A stretch of 64,000 bases of DNA from Candidatus Lustribacter sp. (lineage in GTDB: Bacteria > Vulcanimicrobiota > Vulcanimicrobiia > Vulcanimicrobiales > Vulcanimicrobiaceae): the NCBI GenBank assembly GCA_965277805.1, contig OZ255842.1, positions 256,001 through 320,000 on the forward strand, in the 5' to 3' direction. Of the stretch, positions 8,594 to 18,307 are shown piece after piece. Made by a program: the position numbers and the translations under genes. The notes under the pieces are model-generated. The model was not told the DNA's origin, did not search any database, and worked only from the letters and a program-made list of their open reading frames with translations. The first letter of the stretch is position 1; the number at the start of each line of letters is the position of its first letter.

Positions 8594-9646
8594 ATGCATT
8601 GCGAACACGACTCGAACCACGCCGGCGCCCTGACGCGGCGACGCCTCTTGCAGCTCACCGCCGCCGGGGGCAGCGCGATCGTCGCGGCGGCCGCACTGCC
8701 GGCCGGGCTAGCGGCGCAAATGCCGGCCAAAAAAGTGATCGACGTGCATCACCACGTTGCACCGACCAATTTCCTCGCGCAGGGCGGTACGCCGGACGAG
8801 GCGCGCGTCTTTAAAGGCTGGAGCATTCCGAAGACCATCGACGAGATGGACCACGCGGGCGTTGCGACCGCATATGCGTCGATCACGGTGCCCGGCAAGC
8901 GCTTCGACGATCCGGCCAACGCGCGCCGCGTGTCGCGTGACTGCAACGAATACATGGCCGGTCTGCGCGTGCAGAACCCGGGCCGTTTCGGAATGTTCGC
9001 GCTCGTGCCGATGCCGAACATCGCGGACACGCTTGCCGAAATCGCCTATGCCTACGACACGCTCAAGACCGACGGCATCGGGCTCTACACGAGTTACGGC
9101 GATAAGTACATCGGCAACGCCGACTTCGATCCGGTATTTGCCGAACTCAACCGCCGCAATGCGGTCGTCTTCGTGCACCCCACCGTGGGACCGTGCTGCG
9201 GCAGCGTGCAGCCGTGGCTCACGACGGCGCAGATCGAATACGGCACCGATACGACGCGTGCGATCGCCGAGTACATCTTCAAAGGCGGCACGCAGAAGTA
9301 TCCCAATGTCAAGATGATCTGGTCCCACGCGGGCGGCACGATGCCGTTCTTGGCGGAGCGCTTCATCAACAGCGGTGAGGGAACGTACAAGAACATTACG
9401 CCCAACGGTTTTCTGGCCGAAGCGAACAAGTGCTATTACGATACCGCGCAAGTGCCGAGCAAAGGCGCGATGCTCGCGTTGCGCACGATCATCGCTCCAA
9501 CGCAGATCGTGTACGGCACGGATTACCCGTATCGCGGCTTCCAGTGGACGGAAGACATGCTGACGGCCGACGCGGTGTTCAATCCGCGCGAGCTGCAGGC
9601 CGTCTATCGCGACAACGCCGTGCGCGCTATTTCCCCCAGTAAATGA
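8594..9646 (+). CDS. TAT-exported amidohydrolase_2 family protein
   Basis: TRRRLL leader, then IDVHHH, FVHPT, SHAGGTMPFL and YGTDYPY; the real gene is the 3' part of ORF 7787-9646. Confidence 0.88.
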   Translation: MHCEHDSNHAGALTRRRLLQLTAAGGSAIVAAAALPAGLAAQMPAKKVIDVHHHVAPTNFLAQGGTPDEARVFKGWSIPKTIDEMDHAGVATAYASITVPGKRFDDPANARRVSRDCNEYMAGLRVQNPGRFGMFALVPMPNIADTLAEIAYAYDTLKTDGIGLYTSYGDKYIGNADFDPVFAELNRRNAVVFVHPTVGPCCGSVQPWLTTAQIEYGTDTTRAIAEYIFKGGTQKYPNVKMIWSHAGGTMPFLAERFINSGEGTYKNITPNGFLAEANKCYYDTAQVPSKGAMLALRTIIAPTQIVYGTDYPYRGFQWTEDMLTADAVFNPRELQAVYRDNAVRAISPSK

Positions 9647-10577
9647 GCGCCTTGGCGACGATGGCTTTCGTGTCGAGCGGGACTTTTAGGCGGCCGTAGG
9701 CCAGGCCGGCGTCGAGTACGGGCTGGATCTCAGCGGCGGACATCGATTCCGCAAAGGTCGATCGAACCATCGCCGCCACCGACGCTGCATCGAGACCGGT
9801 GATGCGCTCGAGGACCGGCACCGTTTCGGCATGATGCGTGTTGACATAGTGCGCGGTTTCACGCAATGCTTGCGCCGCTCGCCGAGCGAGGTCGGGGTGC
9901 GCGTCAACCCACGACGAGGCGCCGAAATACACACCTGAAATGTAGAGCGGCGAAATCGCAGCGTCGGCATTCCCGAGCAGCTCGACGTCGTTGCGCGCTT
10001 GGCCGAAGTACGAGCCGGTCATCATGGCGGCGTCGACGCGGCCCGCCACGAGCGACGCGGCCATCGAGCTTTCCGGAAGCTCGACGAAGTGAACGCTCTT
10101 GGAGTTGCCGCCGTTCTTGTCGACCCACACCTCCGCACCGAGCTGCTGTTCGCCGTCGAGCGTGGTGACGGCGATGATTTTGCCGTTCAGATCCGCGCCG
10201 GTCCGCAGCGGTGAATGCCGCACTTTGGCGAGCACGATATCCGGAGCTTTGCTCGTGAACACGGTCGCGGGGGCAATGATCGTGATCGGAATGCCGCGAC
10301 CGAGCGCCGCCGCAACCGACATCAGGTTCGAGAAGCCGATTTCGGCCGAACCGCCCACCACGGCGGCCACGACCGCGCCGCCGCTGCTGGTAGCCGCCGC
10401 CGTGGCATCGAGTCCGTATTTCTTGAAGAAGCCGCCGTCGACCGCAAAGGCACCGAGCGAGCCGCCGTCGCCGCCGAGGTTGAGCACGCGGATGGCGGGA
10501 AGCGTCTGGGCGCTTGCGTGCAGCGGAAGAAGCGCGAACAGCAGTGCGAGCGTGCACGTTCGCCGCAGACCGCTCAT
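9627..10577 (-). CDS. ABC substrate-binding protein, NMT1/SsuA type
   Basis: Signal peptide; GFFKKYGLD, DLNGKIIAV, WVDKNGG and LVAGRVDAA motifs. Confidence 0.88.
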   Translation of the reverse strand: MSGLRRTCTLALLFALLPLHASAQTLPAIRVLNLGGDGGSLGAFAVDGGFFKKYGLDATAAATSSGGAVVAAVVGGSAEIGFSNLMSVAAALGRGIPITIIAPATVFTSKAPDIVLAKVRHSPLRTGADLNGKIIAVTTLDGEQQLGAEVWVDKNGGNSKSVHFVELPESSMAASLVAGRVDAAMMTGSYFGQARNDVELLGNADAAISPLYISGVYFGASSWVDAHPDLARRAAQALRETAHYVNTHHAETVPVLERITGLDAASVAAMVRSTFAESMSAAEIQPVLDAGLAYGRLKVPLDTKAIVAKALIYWGK

Positions 10578-11524
10578 TTTGCACCGCTCCAGATGATTTC
10601 GCGGGCGGGAAACGCGCGTTCGAGTATGCCGTATTTGGCGGCGGCATCGATCAGCGGCTGGATCAGCGCGGGGTCGAGCGTCGTCGGATTGGTGGTGCGG
10701 TGCATCTTCGCGACGTTCGCAAGCGTCGCTTTGGTGAATTCCGCAACGACCGGTGCGGTTTCCGGGCGATGCGTGTTAACGTAGGTCGTTGCGGATGCCA
10801 GCGTGGATGCGAACGTGCGCACTACGTCGGCGTGGTGCTGCGCCCAATCCGCAAGCGCCACGTAGCCCGCCAAGATGAACCGCGGAGCGATCGCCTCGTT
10901 GGCGTACGACAGGGTTTTCGTGGTGCCGGCTTCGAGCGAAATGTCGAGCTGCGGCGTCTGCAGGATCGCCGCGTCGACGCGGTGCGCGACGATCGCGGCC
11001 TCGAGCGCGGCGTTCGGAAACTCGACGAATTTCAGGCTGCGCCAATCGCCGCCGGTCTTGTCGACCCACGCACGAATGGCGACGCTCGTCGCGTCGCCGA
11101 GCGCCGGCACGCCGATCGTCTTGCCGTTCAGGTCGGCTCCGGTCTTGTAGGGCGAATCGGGTGCGATCTGCAGCAGCGAGCGCGCGTTCTGCGGTTCGTT
11201 GAGGATCGCCGGCGCGACGGCGACGAGCGGAATGCCCTTGAGATGCGCGTTCATCAACGCGAGCAGGCTCGACTTGCCGATCGGATACGTGCCGGAAACG
11301 ACGGCTGCCGTCGCGGCCGCACCGCTGCTGGTGGCGATCAGCGAGACGTCGAGCCCGCTGCGCGCGAACATTCCCGTCTTGACCGCGTAATAACAGTCGG
11401 TCATGTCTTCGCTCGGCACGCCGGCAATTTGCAGCGCCTCCGCCGCGCTTGCCGGCCGGCTCGCGCTCCACAGCGCCAGCGGAGCGAGCGCTGCTGCGCG
11501 CAAGAGTTCGTGGCGCTTCAGCAC
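10574..11524 (-). CDS. ABC substrate-binding protein, NMT1/SsuA type
   Basis: Signal-like leader; GMFARSGLDV, DLNGKTIGV, AWVDKTGGD and HRVDAA motifs. Confidence 0.88.
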   Translation of the reverse strand: MLKRHELLRAAALAPLALWSASRPASAAEALQIAGVPSEDMTDCYYAVKTGMFARSGLDVSLIATSSGAAATAAVVSGTYPIGKSSLLALMNAHLKGIPLVAVAPAILNEPQNARSLLQIAPDSPYKTGADLNGKTIGVPALGDATSVAIRAWVDKTGGDWRSLKFVEFPNAALEAAIVAHRVDAAILQTPQLDISLEAGTTKTLSYANEAIAPRFILAGYVALADWAQHHADVVRTFASTLASATTYVNTHRPETAPVVAEFTKATLANVAKMHRTTNPTTLDPALIQPLIDAAAKYGILERAFPAREIIWSGAK

Positions 11525-11528
11525 CGGA

Positions 11529-13148
11529 TCAATACCGTGAGAAATGCGTGCATTCTTTGGCCATTACCTCAATGAGCGCGGGGCGGCCGGCAGCGGTTAC
11601 GTCGAGCGCTTCGCGCGCTGCCGGGGTGAAATCTTCAACGTCCTCGATTCGCTTCGACCAAGCGCCGAGTCCGGCCGCAACCATCCGGTAGTCGCCGCCG
11701 AGGTCGATCGCGTGATACTGTTCGATCGCGCGTTCCATGCCGAGCCGCTCGCCCGCCATGATGCCGTTGTTGAACACGATCGTGATGATCCCGATGCGAT
11801 TGCGCACCGCCGTCTCAATGTCCATTCCCACCATTCCGATCGAAGCGTCGCCCATGACGTTGACGCACACGGCATCCGGATTGGCCAGCTTGGCGCCCAT
11901 GATCATGCCGAGCCCCGCGCCGAGTGAGGTCGATTTGCCCCAGCCGAGATAATCGCGCGGCGCGCGGCTCTGCCAGAACGGAATCATCTGCTCGCGCGGG
12001 CTGCCGGCTTCGTGCGTCACGATCGTGCGCCGGTCTTGGAGCAGCGCGTAGAGATCGCGAATCACGCGGTACTGGTTGATCGGCTTTTCGCCCGACGTGA
12101 GCTCGGGAGCCCATTCCGCTTCCCAAGCCTTTCGAACTGCGCCTACTTCGGCAGCCGCGTCGCGGCCGGCGGCGTGTTTGCGAGCCACGATCTCATCGGC
12201 GAGGGCTTGCAGCGCGAGTTTCGCATCGGCGAGAATCGCGGCGTCGGTGAACCAATCCTTGTTGATGTCGAGCGGATCGTTCGTCAGGTGCACGATCGTT
12301 TTTCCGGCCGGGATCTTCGGCGCCCAGTTGACGCGCGAGAGGCTCGTGCCCGCGCCGAAGACGCAGTCGGCGTCTTTCAGAAACGCGAAGGCCATTTTGG
12401 GCGCCGAGTTCACCATCGCGCCGAGCGCGAGCGGATGATCTTCGGGAAAGCTGCTCTTGCCCGGATTCGTCGTCAGCACCGGCGCTTGCAGCAGTTCCGC
12501 GACGCGCACGAGTTCGGCCGTGGCGCCGGCAAAGAGAATGCCTTGGCCGGCCTGGATCACCGGACGCTTCGCCGCGAGCAGCGCGTCGGCTGCCAACCGG
12601 ATTGCCTCGGGATCGGGCGCCGAGCGCAGCGAGCGCGTCGTGCGATAGGCGTACTCACCGCATTCGGCTTCGGTGATGTCGCCGATCGCCTCAATGAGCA
12701 CCGGGCCCGTCGCACCGCTGTGCAGGTTGTGAAACGCGCGGCGCATCAGCTCCCACACGCGCGCCGGATCGTCGAGTTCGCAACCCCACTTCGTGATGTG
12801 CGCGAAGTTGTCGACGGCGCTAAACGTCGGCGGCGTGTGACTGCGCCCCATCGGTGCCGGACCGGGCAGCACGAGCAGCGGAATGCCGTCGCTAAATGAC
12901 TGCGAGACACCGGAGAACGAATTCTCGATCCCGGGTCCGCCCTGCGGCGCGAAGACGCCGATCTGTTTGCCGTTCGTCGAGCGGCTGATGCCGTCGGCGA
13001 TCCCCGCTCCAACCCGCTCTTGACGGCAGATGATCGGGCGCAGCCCGGCTTCCACGCAGCGGTCGATCAGCAGGTTCCTGGGATAGCAGATCAGATGCTC
13101 GACGCCTTCGTCTTTGAGCACTCGTGCGATCGCGTCAGCTACTTTGAT
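11529..13148 (-). CDS. Thiamine-diphosphate-dependent enzyme (acetolactate synthase large subunit-like)
   Basis: CRQERVGAGIADGISR (catalytic Glu), GPGIENS and GDASIGM...FNNG ThDP motif; probable start ATC 13148 (first canonical start is GTG 13121). Confidence 0.88.
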   Translation of the reverse strand: MKVADAIARVLKDEGVEHLICYPRNLLIDRCVEAGLRPIICRQERVGAGIADGISRSTNGKQIGVFAPQGGPGIENSFSGVSQSFSDGIPLLVLPGPAPMGRSHTPPTFSAVDNFAHITKWGCELDDPARVWELMRRAFHNLHSGATGPVLIEAIGDITEAECGEYAYRTTRSLRSAPDPEAIRLAADALLAAKRPVIQAGQGILFAGATAELVRVAELLQAPVLTTNPGKSSFPEDHPLALGAMVNSAPKMAFAFLKDADCVFGAGTSLSRVNWAPKIPAGKTIVHLTNDPLDINKDWFTDAAILADAKLALQALADEIVARKHAAGRDAAAEVGAVRKAWEAEWAPELTSGEKPINQYRVIRDLYALLQDRRTIVTHEAGSPREQMIPFWQSRAPRDYLGWGKSTSLGAGLGMIMGAKLANPDAVCVNVMGDASIGMVGMDIETAVRNRIGIITIVFNNGIMAGERLGMERAIEQYHAIDLGGDYRMVAAGLGAWSKRIEDVEDFTPAAREALDVTAAGRPALIEVMAKECTHFSRY

Positions 13149-13245
13149 TTCGCATCCTCCCGGCTTGGTAATTTCTTTGCGACCTTGCGGCTACGCCCCA
13201 GGAGTTCCCTTTGCTGAAATGAAGGCTCGCGACGCCGGAGGACGC

Positions 13246-14409
13246 ATGGAAAACGGACATCTCACCCGCCAAGAACTCTTGGCGCAGCTCACCCAAACCG
13301 CAGCGGGCACGCCGATGGGCACCCTGTTGCGCTCGTTCTGGCAGCCGGTCGCGACGGCTGATAGCGTTGCCCCCGGAAAAGCGCGCGCACTGCGCGTGCT
13401 GAGCGAGGATCTCACCCTTTATCGCGGTGAGACCGGAACGCCGTACTTGATCGGTGCGCGCTGCGCGCACCGATGCACGGTGCTCCACACCGGTTGGGTG
13501 CAAGACGATCAAGTGCGCTGCATGTACCACGGCTGGCGCTACGGCGGAACCGGTCAATGCACGGAGATGCCGGCTGAGAAGAACGTTAGTCCCGAGCTGG
13601 TGAAAATCGCCGGCTACCCGGTGCACGAATACGGCGGTCTGCTGTTCGCCTATTTGGGCGAGGGCCCGGCGCCGGAGTTCGATCTGCCGCGCAAGCCCGG
13701 GCTCGAAGAACAGGGACGGTTGCGCACGGTGCGCTATCAGGAGTGGGACTACAACTTCTTTCAAGGCACGGAAAACTCGCTCGACGCGACGCACGTGAGC
13801 TACGTGCACGTGTGGGGCAAAGTCAGCCGTTTCGGCGATGAGATCACCACCGCGGTGCCGGAGTTGTCGTACGAAGAAACGAGTGCGGGCATTCGTCAAA
13901 CGGCGTATCGTTCGGCGAACAACATTCGCATCAGCGATTGGACTTTTCCGAACAACAACCACATCGTTTCGCCGGGACCGCGCAAAGGCGATCCGTGGAC
14001 CGATAGCGTGACCTGGCACGTGGCGATCGATGACGAGCATACGATGCGCTTCGCCGTGCAGACCATGGCGTCGACGGATCCCGAAACCGATGCGCGCTTT
14101 TTGGCCGATCGGCAAGACGGTTACAATCCGGCCGACCACTATCACGAACTCTTCGACGAGCATCGCATTCCCGAGGGCATCGGCACCGGACAAGTGATCG
14201 CGACCCAGGACTACGTCGCGCTGCGCGGTCAGGGCCGGATCGTCGATCGCTCGCAAGAGCGCTTGGGACAATCCGACGCCGGCGTCGCGTTGCTGCGCCG
14301 AATTTTTCTGCGCGAACTCGAAGCGATTCGCGAAGGCCGTGCGACCAAGGCGTGGGCGCGACTCGACGAACCGGCGCACTTGCCGATTCAGGTTCCCGAA
14401 CCCGTTTAG
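13246..14409 (+). CDS. Rieske non-heme iron oxygenase alpha subunit (phthalate 4,5-dioxygenase-like)
   Basis: GTPMGTLLRSFWQPV, CAHRC...CMYHG Rieske motif, ENSLDATHVSYVH, QDYVALRGQG and ERLGQSDAG; GGAGG before ATG 13246. Confidence 0.9.
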   Translation: MENGHLTRQELLAQLTQTAAGTPMGTLLRSFWQPVATADSVAPGKARALRVLSEDLTLYRGETGTPYLIGARCAHRCTVLHTGWVQDDQVRCMYHGWRYGGTGQCTEMPAEKNVSPELVKIAGYPVHEYGGLLFAYLGEGPAPEFDLPRKPGLEEQGRLRTVRYQEWDYNFFQGTENSLDATHVSYVHVWGKVSRFGDEITTAVPELSYEETSAGIRQTAYRSANNIRISDWTFPNNNHIVSPGPRKGDPWTDSVTWHVAIDDEHTMRFAVQTMASTDPETDARFLADRQDGYNPADHYHELFDEHRIPEGIGTGQVIATQDYVALRGQGRIVDRSQERLGQSDAGVALLRRIFLRELEAIREGRATKAWARLDEPAHLPIQVPEPV

Positions 14410-15578
14410 CGGAGCGGCGTCGCTCCGAGCCCGCTCGCCGCGACCCAGCCGCGGGCGGGATCCCAGCGGATCATCACGACCGAGCCGATGCCTAAACCGC
14501 GCTGCGGAATCGCAACGAAGTCGTGCGGCCCGTAAATGCCGACGTTTCCTTGCACCGACGCGATGTGTTCGCGGATCTGTGCCGCGGTGGCGGAAAGGCC
14601 GATTTTCCGCAAGGCATCGAGGACCAGCAGCGTTCCGTCCCAGGCCAGCGAAATCGCGTTCTCGGGTTTCGCGCCGGCTGCTTTCAGCGCCGCGAAGTAG
14701 CTTTCGAGCGCGCGTTTCGTCGGACCGGGCGGCACGGCTTCCGGTGCAAACGCCGGCGTGCCCGGAAAGTAGAGTTCTTTCGGTGCGAAGGCCGCGTAGG
14801 CGTGCATCTCGGCATCGCTCAAGTTCGCGGCGGTGGTGAGCACCGGCAAGCCGAGACCCGCTTCCGACGCGTTGCGCAAGACCGTACCGAACGGCGTGCC
14901 GGTCGTCCACGCGACGAGAACTTGCGCGCCCGACGCTTTGATCTTCGCCATCTGCGCGCTCACGCTGAGATCGTTCGGATTGAAGTGTTCGTGTGCGGCG
15001 ACCGTCATCGTGCCGCTCGTGTCGCCGCCGAACACCTGATCGATGTTCAGATCGGCGTCTTGCCCGGTGGCATCGGTCGAGGTGATGAACCCGATCTTCG
15101 TCCAGCCGCGCATGGCGAAGTACTTCTTGGCGGCCGCGAGCGTGTCGAGTGTCGAGATGCCGCTCGAGAAGAGGAAGCTGCCCGGTTTCGGGTGCACGCC
15201 GGGCGTGAAGCAGTAGAGCGTGGGACCGTTTGCCATGAGCGGTGCGACTGCGCTGCAAAGCGATGTTGCGGCGAGCCCGATCGCGACCGCCGCGTGTTTA
15301 GCGATGATCGCGTTGGCGGCTTGAACGGCGGTCGCCGGATTCGACTGGTCGTCCCAGATCACGAACTTGATCGGACGGCCGTTGATGCCGCCCGCTTTGT
15401 TCGTCATGTTTTCGATGACGCTCAGCGCTTGAATGCCCTCGGCGCCTTGAAATGCGTACGCGCCGGAGCGCGACATGATCGCGTCGATTTCATACGGCGG
15501 TTCCGCCGCGCGGCTTCCGGCCGCGGACGCGACCAGGGCCAAGGCCACAAACAGCATGCCGATACGGACGTGGTTCAT
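14406..15578 (-). CDS. ABC substrate-binding protein, branched-chain amino acid (LivJ) type
   Basis: Signal peptide; NKAGGINGRPIKFVIWDDQSNP motif; the real gene is the 3' part of ORF 14406-16586. Confidence 0.88.
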   Translation of the reverse strand: MNHVRIGMLFVALALVASAAGSRAAEPPYEIDAIMSRSGAYAFQGAEGIQALSVIENMTNKAGGINGRPIKFVIWDDQSNPATAVQAANAIIAKHAAVAIGLAATSLCSAVAPLMANGPTLYCFTPGVHPKPGSFLFSSGISTLDTLAAAKKYFAMRGWTKIGFITSTDATGQDADLNIDQVFGGDTSGTMTVAAHEHFNPNDLSVSAQMAKIKASGAQVLVAWTTGTPFGTVLRNASEAGLGLPVLTTAANLSDAEMHAYAAFAPKELYFPGTPAFAPEAVPPGPTKRALESYFAALKAAGAKPENAISLAWDGTLLVLDALRKIGLSATAAQIREHIASVQGNVGIYGPHDFVAIPQRGLGIGSVVMIRWDPARGWVAASGLGATPLR

Positions 15579-15635
15579 GTGCCCCCCTTGTACACGTGAT
15601 TGGGAAACCCCGGCCGGACCGGAGAAGACCCGGCG

Positions 15636-17246
15636 ATGAAAGTCGAGAGCGTAACGGTACGCGACGGCGTTTCCATCGCGGTCGCGCTCTATCTGCCCGC
15701 ATCGGGCGGGCCTTTTCCGGCGCTGCTCGCGGCCTCGCCCTATCGTTTCGACAACAACGTCTTGCCGCCGACCGCGCAGTTTCTGTGGCGCGAGACCGGG
15801 CCGATCGACCTCTACGTCGAGCACGGATATGCGTACGTGAATATGGACGTGCGCGGGTGCGGGCGCTCGGGCGGCAGCTTCGAGTTCCTCGGCAAGAACG
15901 AGCAGCACGATCTCTATGACATCGTGCAGTGGATCGCCGCACAGCCGTGGTGTACGGGTAAGGTCGGCGGCCTCGGGCAATCGTACTTTTGCATGTCGCA
16001 GTGGTTCATGGCCGCGCAGCGTCCGCCGGCGCTGGCGTGCATCGGCGCGCACGACGGGCTGAACGATCCCTATCGCGCGAGCGTGTACAACGGTGGCATT
16101 CCGGGCGATTTCTTCCCCGGTTACTGGTGGCAGCAAAACCGCATCATCAATCGCACGCCGGCAAACGGCGGGCCGCCGCGCGAGCAAGACGTCGATCTCA
16201 ACCTGCTGCTCGCCGCGCATCCGACGTACGACGAGTTCTGGCGCGAGCGCACGGCCTGGGAAGTGCTCGATCAAATCGACGTGCCGCTGTACTCCGGCGG
16301 CGTGTGGTCGAAACACATGCTGCACACGCGCGGCAACATCGAGGGCTACAGGAAAGCGCGCGGCCCGAAGAAGCTGCGCATGTCGGGCGTGCCGAACGCG
16401 TGGGCCGCGAACGCGGAGTTCAACTCGCGCGAGTTCCACGAGCGCACGCTCTTGCCGTTCTACGACCATTATCTCAAGGGCACGGCGAACGGCTACGCGG
16501 ATTTGCCCGCCGTCGAGTACGCCGTGCGCGGCACGTCGATCACGCGCACCGCTCCGGACTGGCCGCCGCCGGGCGTGCGCTATCAACGCTGGTATCTGAA
16601 TGCGACGGCATCGGGCAGCGTCACGTCGCTCAACGACGGCGGGCTCGCGGTTGCAGCCGATGCTGCCGTCGGTTCGACCACCTACACCTATCCGAATCCT
16701 GGCTGGGTGAACGGTGTGGTCGGTTTCGGCCCGGCCGGGCCGGATTCGGTGCGCCGGGTCCTAACGTTCACATCGGCGCCGCTCGACGCCGATCTCGAAA
16801 TTGCAGGACCGATCAAGCTCGAACTGTTTGCATCGTCGACCGCGACCGACACGGATTTCTTCATCAAGCTGTCGGACCAAGCGCCGCAGGCGGAATCCGA
16901 ACGCGCGCAAGGCCGTAATCCCCTCGCGGAGATCGTGTCGCGGGGCTGGCTGCGCGCATCGCACCGCGCACTCGATCCGGCGCGCAGCACCGAGATGGAA
17001 CCCTACCACACGCATGCCGCACCCGAGCGGCTCGAACCCGGCACGGTGTATCGCTTCGACATCAGCATCGAGCCGATGGCCTACCGGTTCGCGGCCGGTC
17101 ATCGCATTCGCCTAGAGATCGTCAACGGCGATTCGGCCATCACGGAAATGCTCTGGACGCACTACTACCGCCCCGATAAGATCGGTACCGACACGATCTA
17201 TCACGATGCGCAACACCCGTCGGTCCTCATCCTTCCGGTGACGTAA
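15636..17246 (+). CDS. CocE/NonD family serine hydrolase (peptidase S15)
   Basis: VRDGVSIAVALYLP, DVRGCGRSGG, WCTGKVGGLGQSY and C-terminal PepX-type domain (GWLRASHR, GHRIRLEI). Confidence 0.92.
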   Translation: MKVESVTVRDGVSIAVALYLPASGGPFPALLAASPYRFDNNVLPPTAQFLWRETGPIDLYVEHGYAYVNMDVRGCGRSGGSFEFLGKNEQHDLYDIVQWIAAQPWCTGKVGGLGQSYFCMSQWFMAAQRPPALACIGAHDGLNDPYRASVYNGGIPGDFFPGYWWQQNRIINRTPANGGPPREQDVDLNLLLAAHPTYDEFWRERTAWEVLDQIDVPLYSGGVWSKHMLHTRGNIEGYRKARGPKKLRMSGVPNAWAANAEFNSREFHERTLLPFYDHYLKGTANGYADLPAVEYAVRGTSITRTAPDWPPPGVRYQRWYLNATASGSVTSLNDGGLAVAADAAVGSTTYTYPNPGWVNGVVGFGPAGPDSVRRVLTFTSAPLDADLEIAGPIKLELFASSTATDTDFFIKLSDQAPQAESERAQGRNPLAEIVSRGWLRASHRALDPARSTEMEPYHTHAAPERLEPGTVYRFDISIEPMAYRFAAGHRIRLEIVNGDSAITEMLWTHYYRPDKIGTDTIYHDAQHPSVLILPVT

Positions 17247-17247
17247 T

Positions 17248-18306
17248 TTGTTTCGTGTCGTATCGCGGCTCTTCGCGGCCGTCGCTTTTCTCGGGTTACT
17301 GGGTGTATCGGAAACCGTCGACGCTTCGACGGTGATCGCGCCCAAGGTCGTGGTGGTCGCGATGTTCGAGATCGGGAAAGACTCCGGCGATCGGCCGGGG
17401 GAGTTTCAACTGTGGGTCGAGCGCGAACATCTCACGCGCCTGATTCCGGTGCCGGGCGCATTTCACGGCGTGCGGACGAATGCCGATGCATCGGTGATCG
17501 GCATCGTCACCGGGCGCGGCAATACGAGCGCAGCGTCGAGCATCATGGCGCTTGGGCTCGATCCGCGCTTCGATCTGCGCAAGAGTTACTGGGTGATCGC
17601 CGGCATCGCCGGCATCGATCCGAAGAAAGGCTCGATCGGGTCGGCGGTCTGGACCGACGCGGTTATCGACGGCGATCTCTCGCATGAGATCGATGCGCGG
17701 GAAATGCCCCGCGATTGGCGCACCGGCTACGTGCCGCTCGATCGCACGCTGCCCTACGAGCAGCCGGTGCCGCAGGTCGACGAGATGGTGTACCGTCTCA
17801 ACCCCTCGCTCTTGCATTGGGCGTACGCGGTCACGCGCGATACGAAGCTGGCCGACAACAGCAAAGCGCGGGCGCGGCGCATGCTCTACACCGGCTATCC
17901 GCGTGCGCAAGCGCCGCCGTCGGTGCTCATCGGCGCGACCGTTGCGTCGAGCCGCTTCTGGGCCGGCGCGCTCTCCGACCAATGGGCGAACGATTGGACG
18001 CGCTATTACACGCACGGCCGTTCGACCTACGTCACGACCGCCATGGAAGATGCGGGCACCATGCACTCACTCACCGCGCTAGCGCGCGCCGGCCGCGTCG
18101 ACGTCAACCGGGTGCTGCTCCTGCGCACCGCCAGCGATTACGACATGCAGCGTCCGGGCGAGACGGCCGAGCACAGCCTCAACAGCGAAAAGTACGGTGC
18201 GTACTCCGCGTACATGCCGGCGATCGAGGCCGCCTATCGCGTCGGCAGCCGCGCCGTGCACGCGCTCCTCGCCGGCTGGCCGCGCTACGAGACGCAGATC
18301 CCTTGA
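17248..18306 (+). CDS. NUP (purine nucleoside permease) family exported protein
   Basis: PKVVVVAMFEIG..SGDRPGEFQLWVERE, DPRFDLRKSYWVIAGIAGIDP, TTAMED and LRTASDYD motifs. Confidence 0.85.
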   Translation: MFRVVSRLFAAVAFLGLLGVSETVDASTVIAPKVVVVAMFEIGKDSGDRPGEFQLWVEREHLTRLIPVPGAFHGVRTNADASVIGIVTGRGNTSAASSIMALGLDPRFDLRKSYWVIAGIAGIDPKKGSIGSAVWTDAVIDGDLSHEIDAREMPRDWRTGYVPLDRTLPYEQPVPQVDEMVYRLNPSLLHWAYAVTRDTKLADNSKARARRMLYTGYPRAQAPPSVLIGATVASSRFWAGALSDQWANDWTRYYTHGRSTYVTTAMEDAGTMHSLTALARAGRVDVNRVLLLRTASDYDMQRPGETAEHSLNSEKYGAYSAYMPAIEAAYRVGSRAVHALLAGWPRYETQIP

Positions 18307-18307
18307 G

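Noticed and set aside
13135-15258. 707-aa minus-strand ORF, and similar long ORFs at 25777-27726 (-), 45184-47376 (+) and 37802-39262 (-)
   Set aside because: Shadow frames overlapping genes with clear family motifs; Arg/Ala-rich and motif-free, as expected in high-GC DNA.
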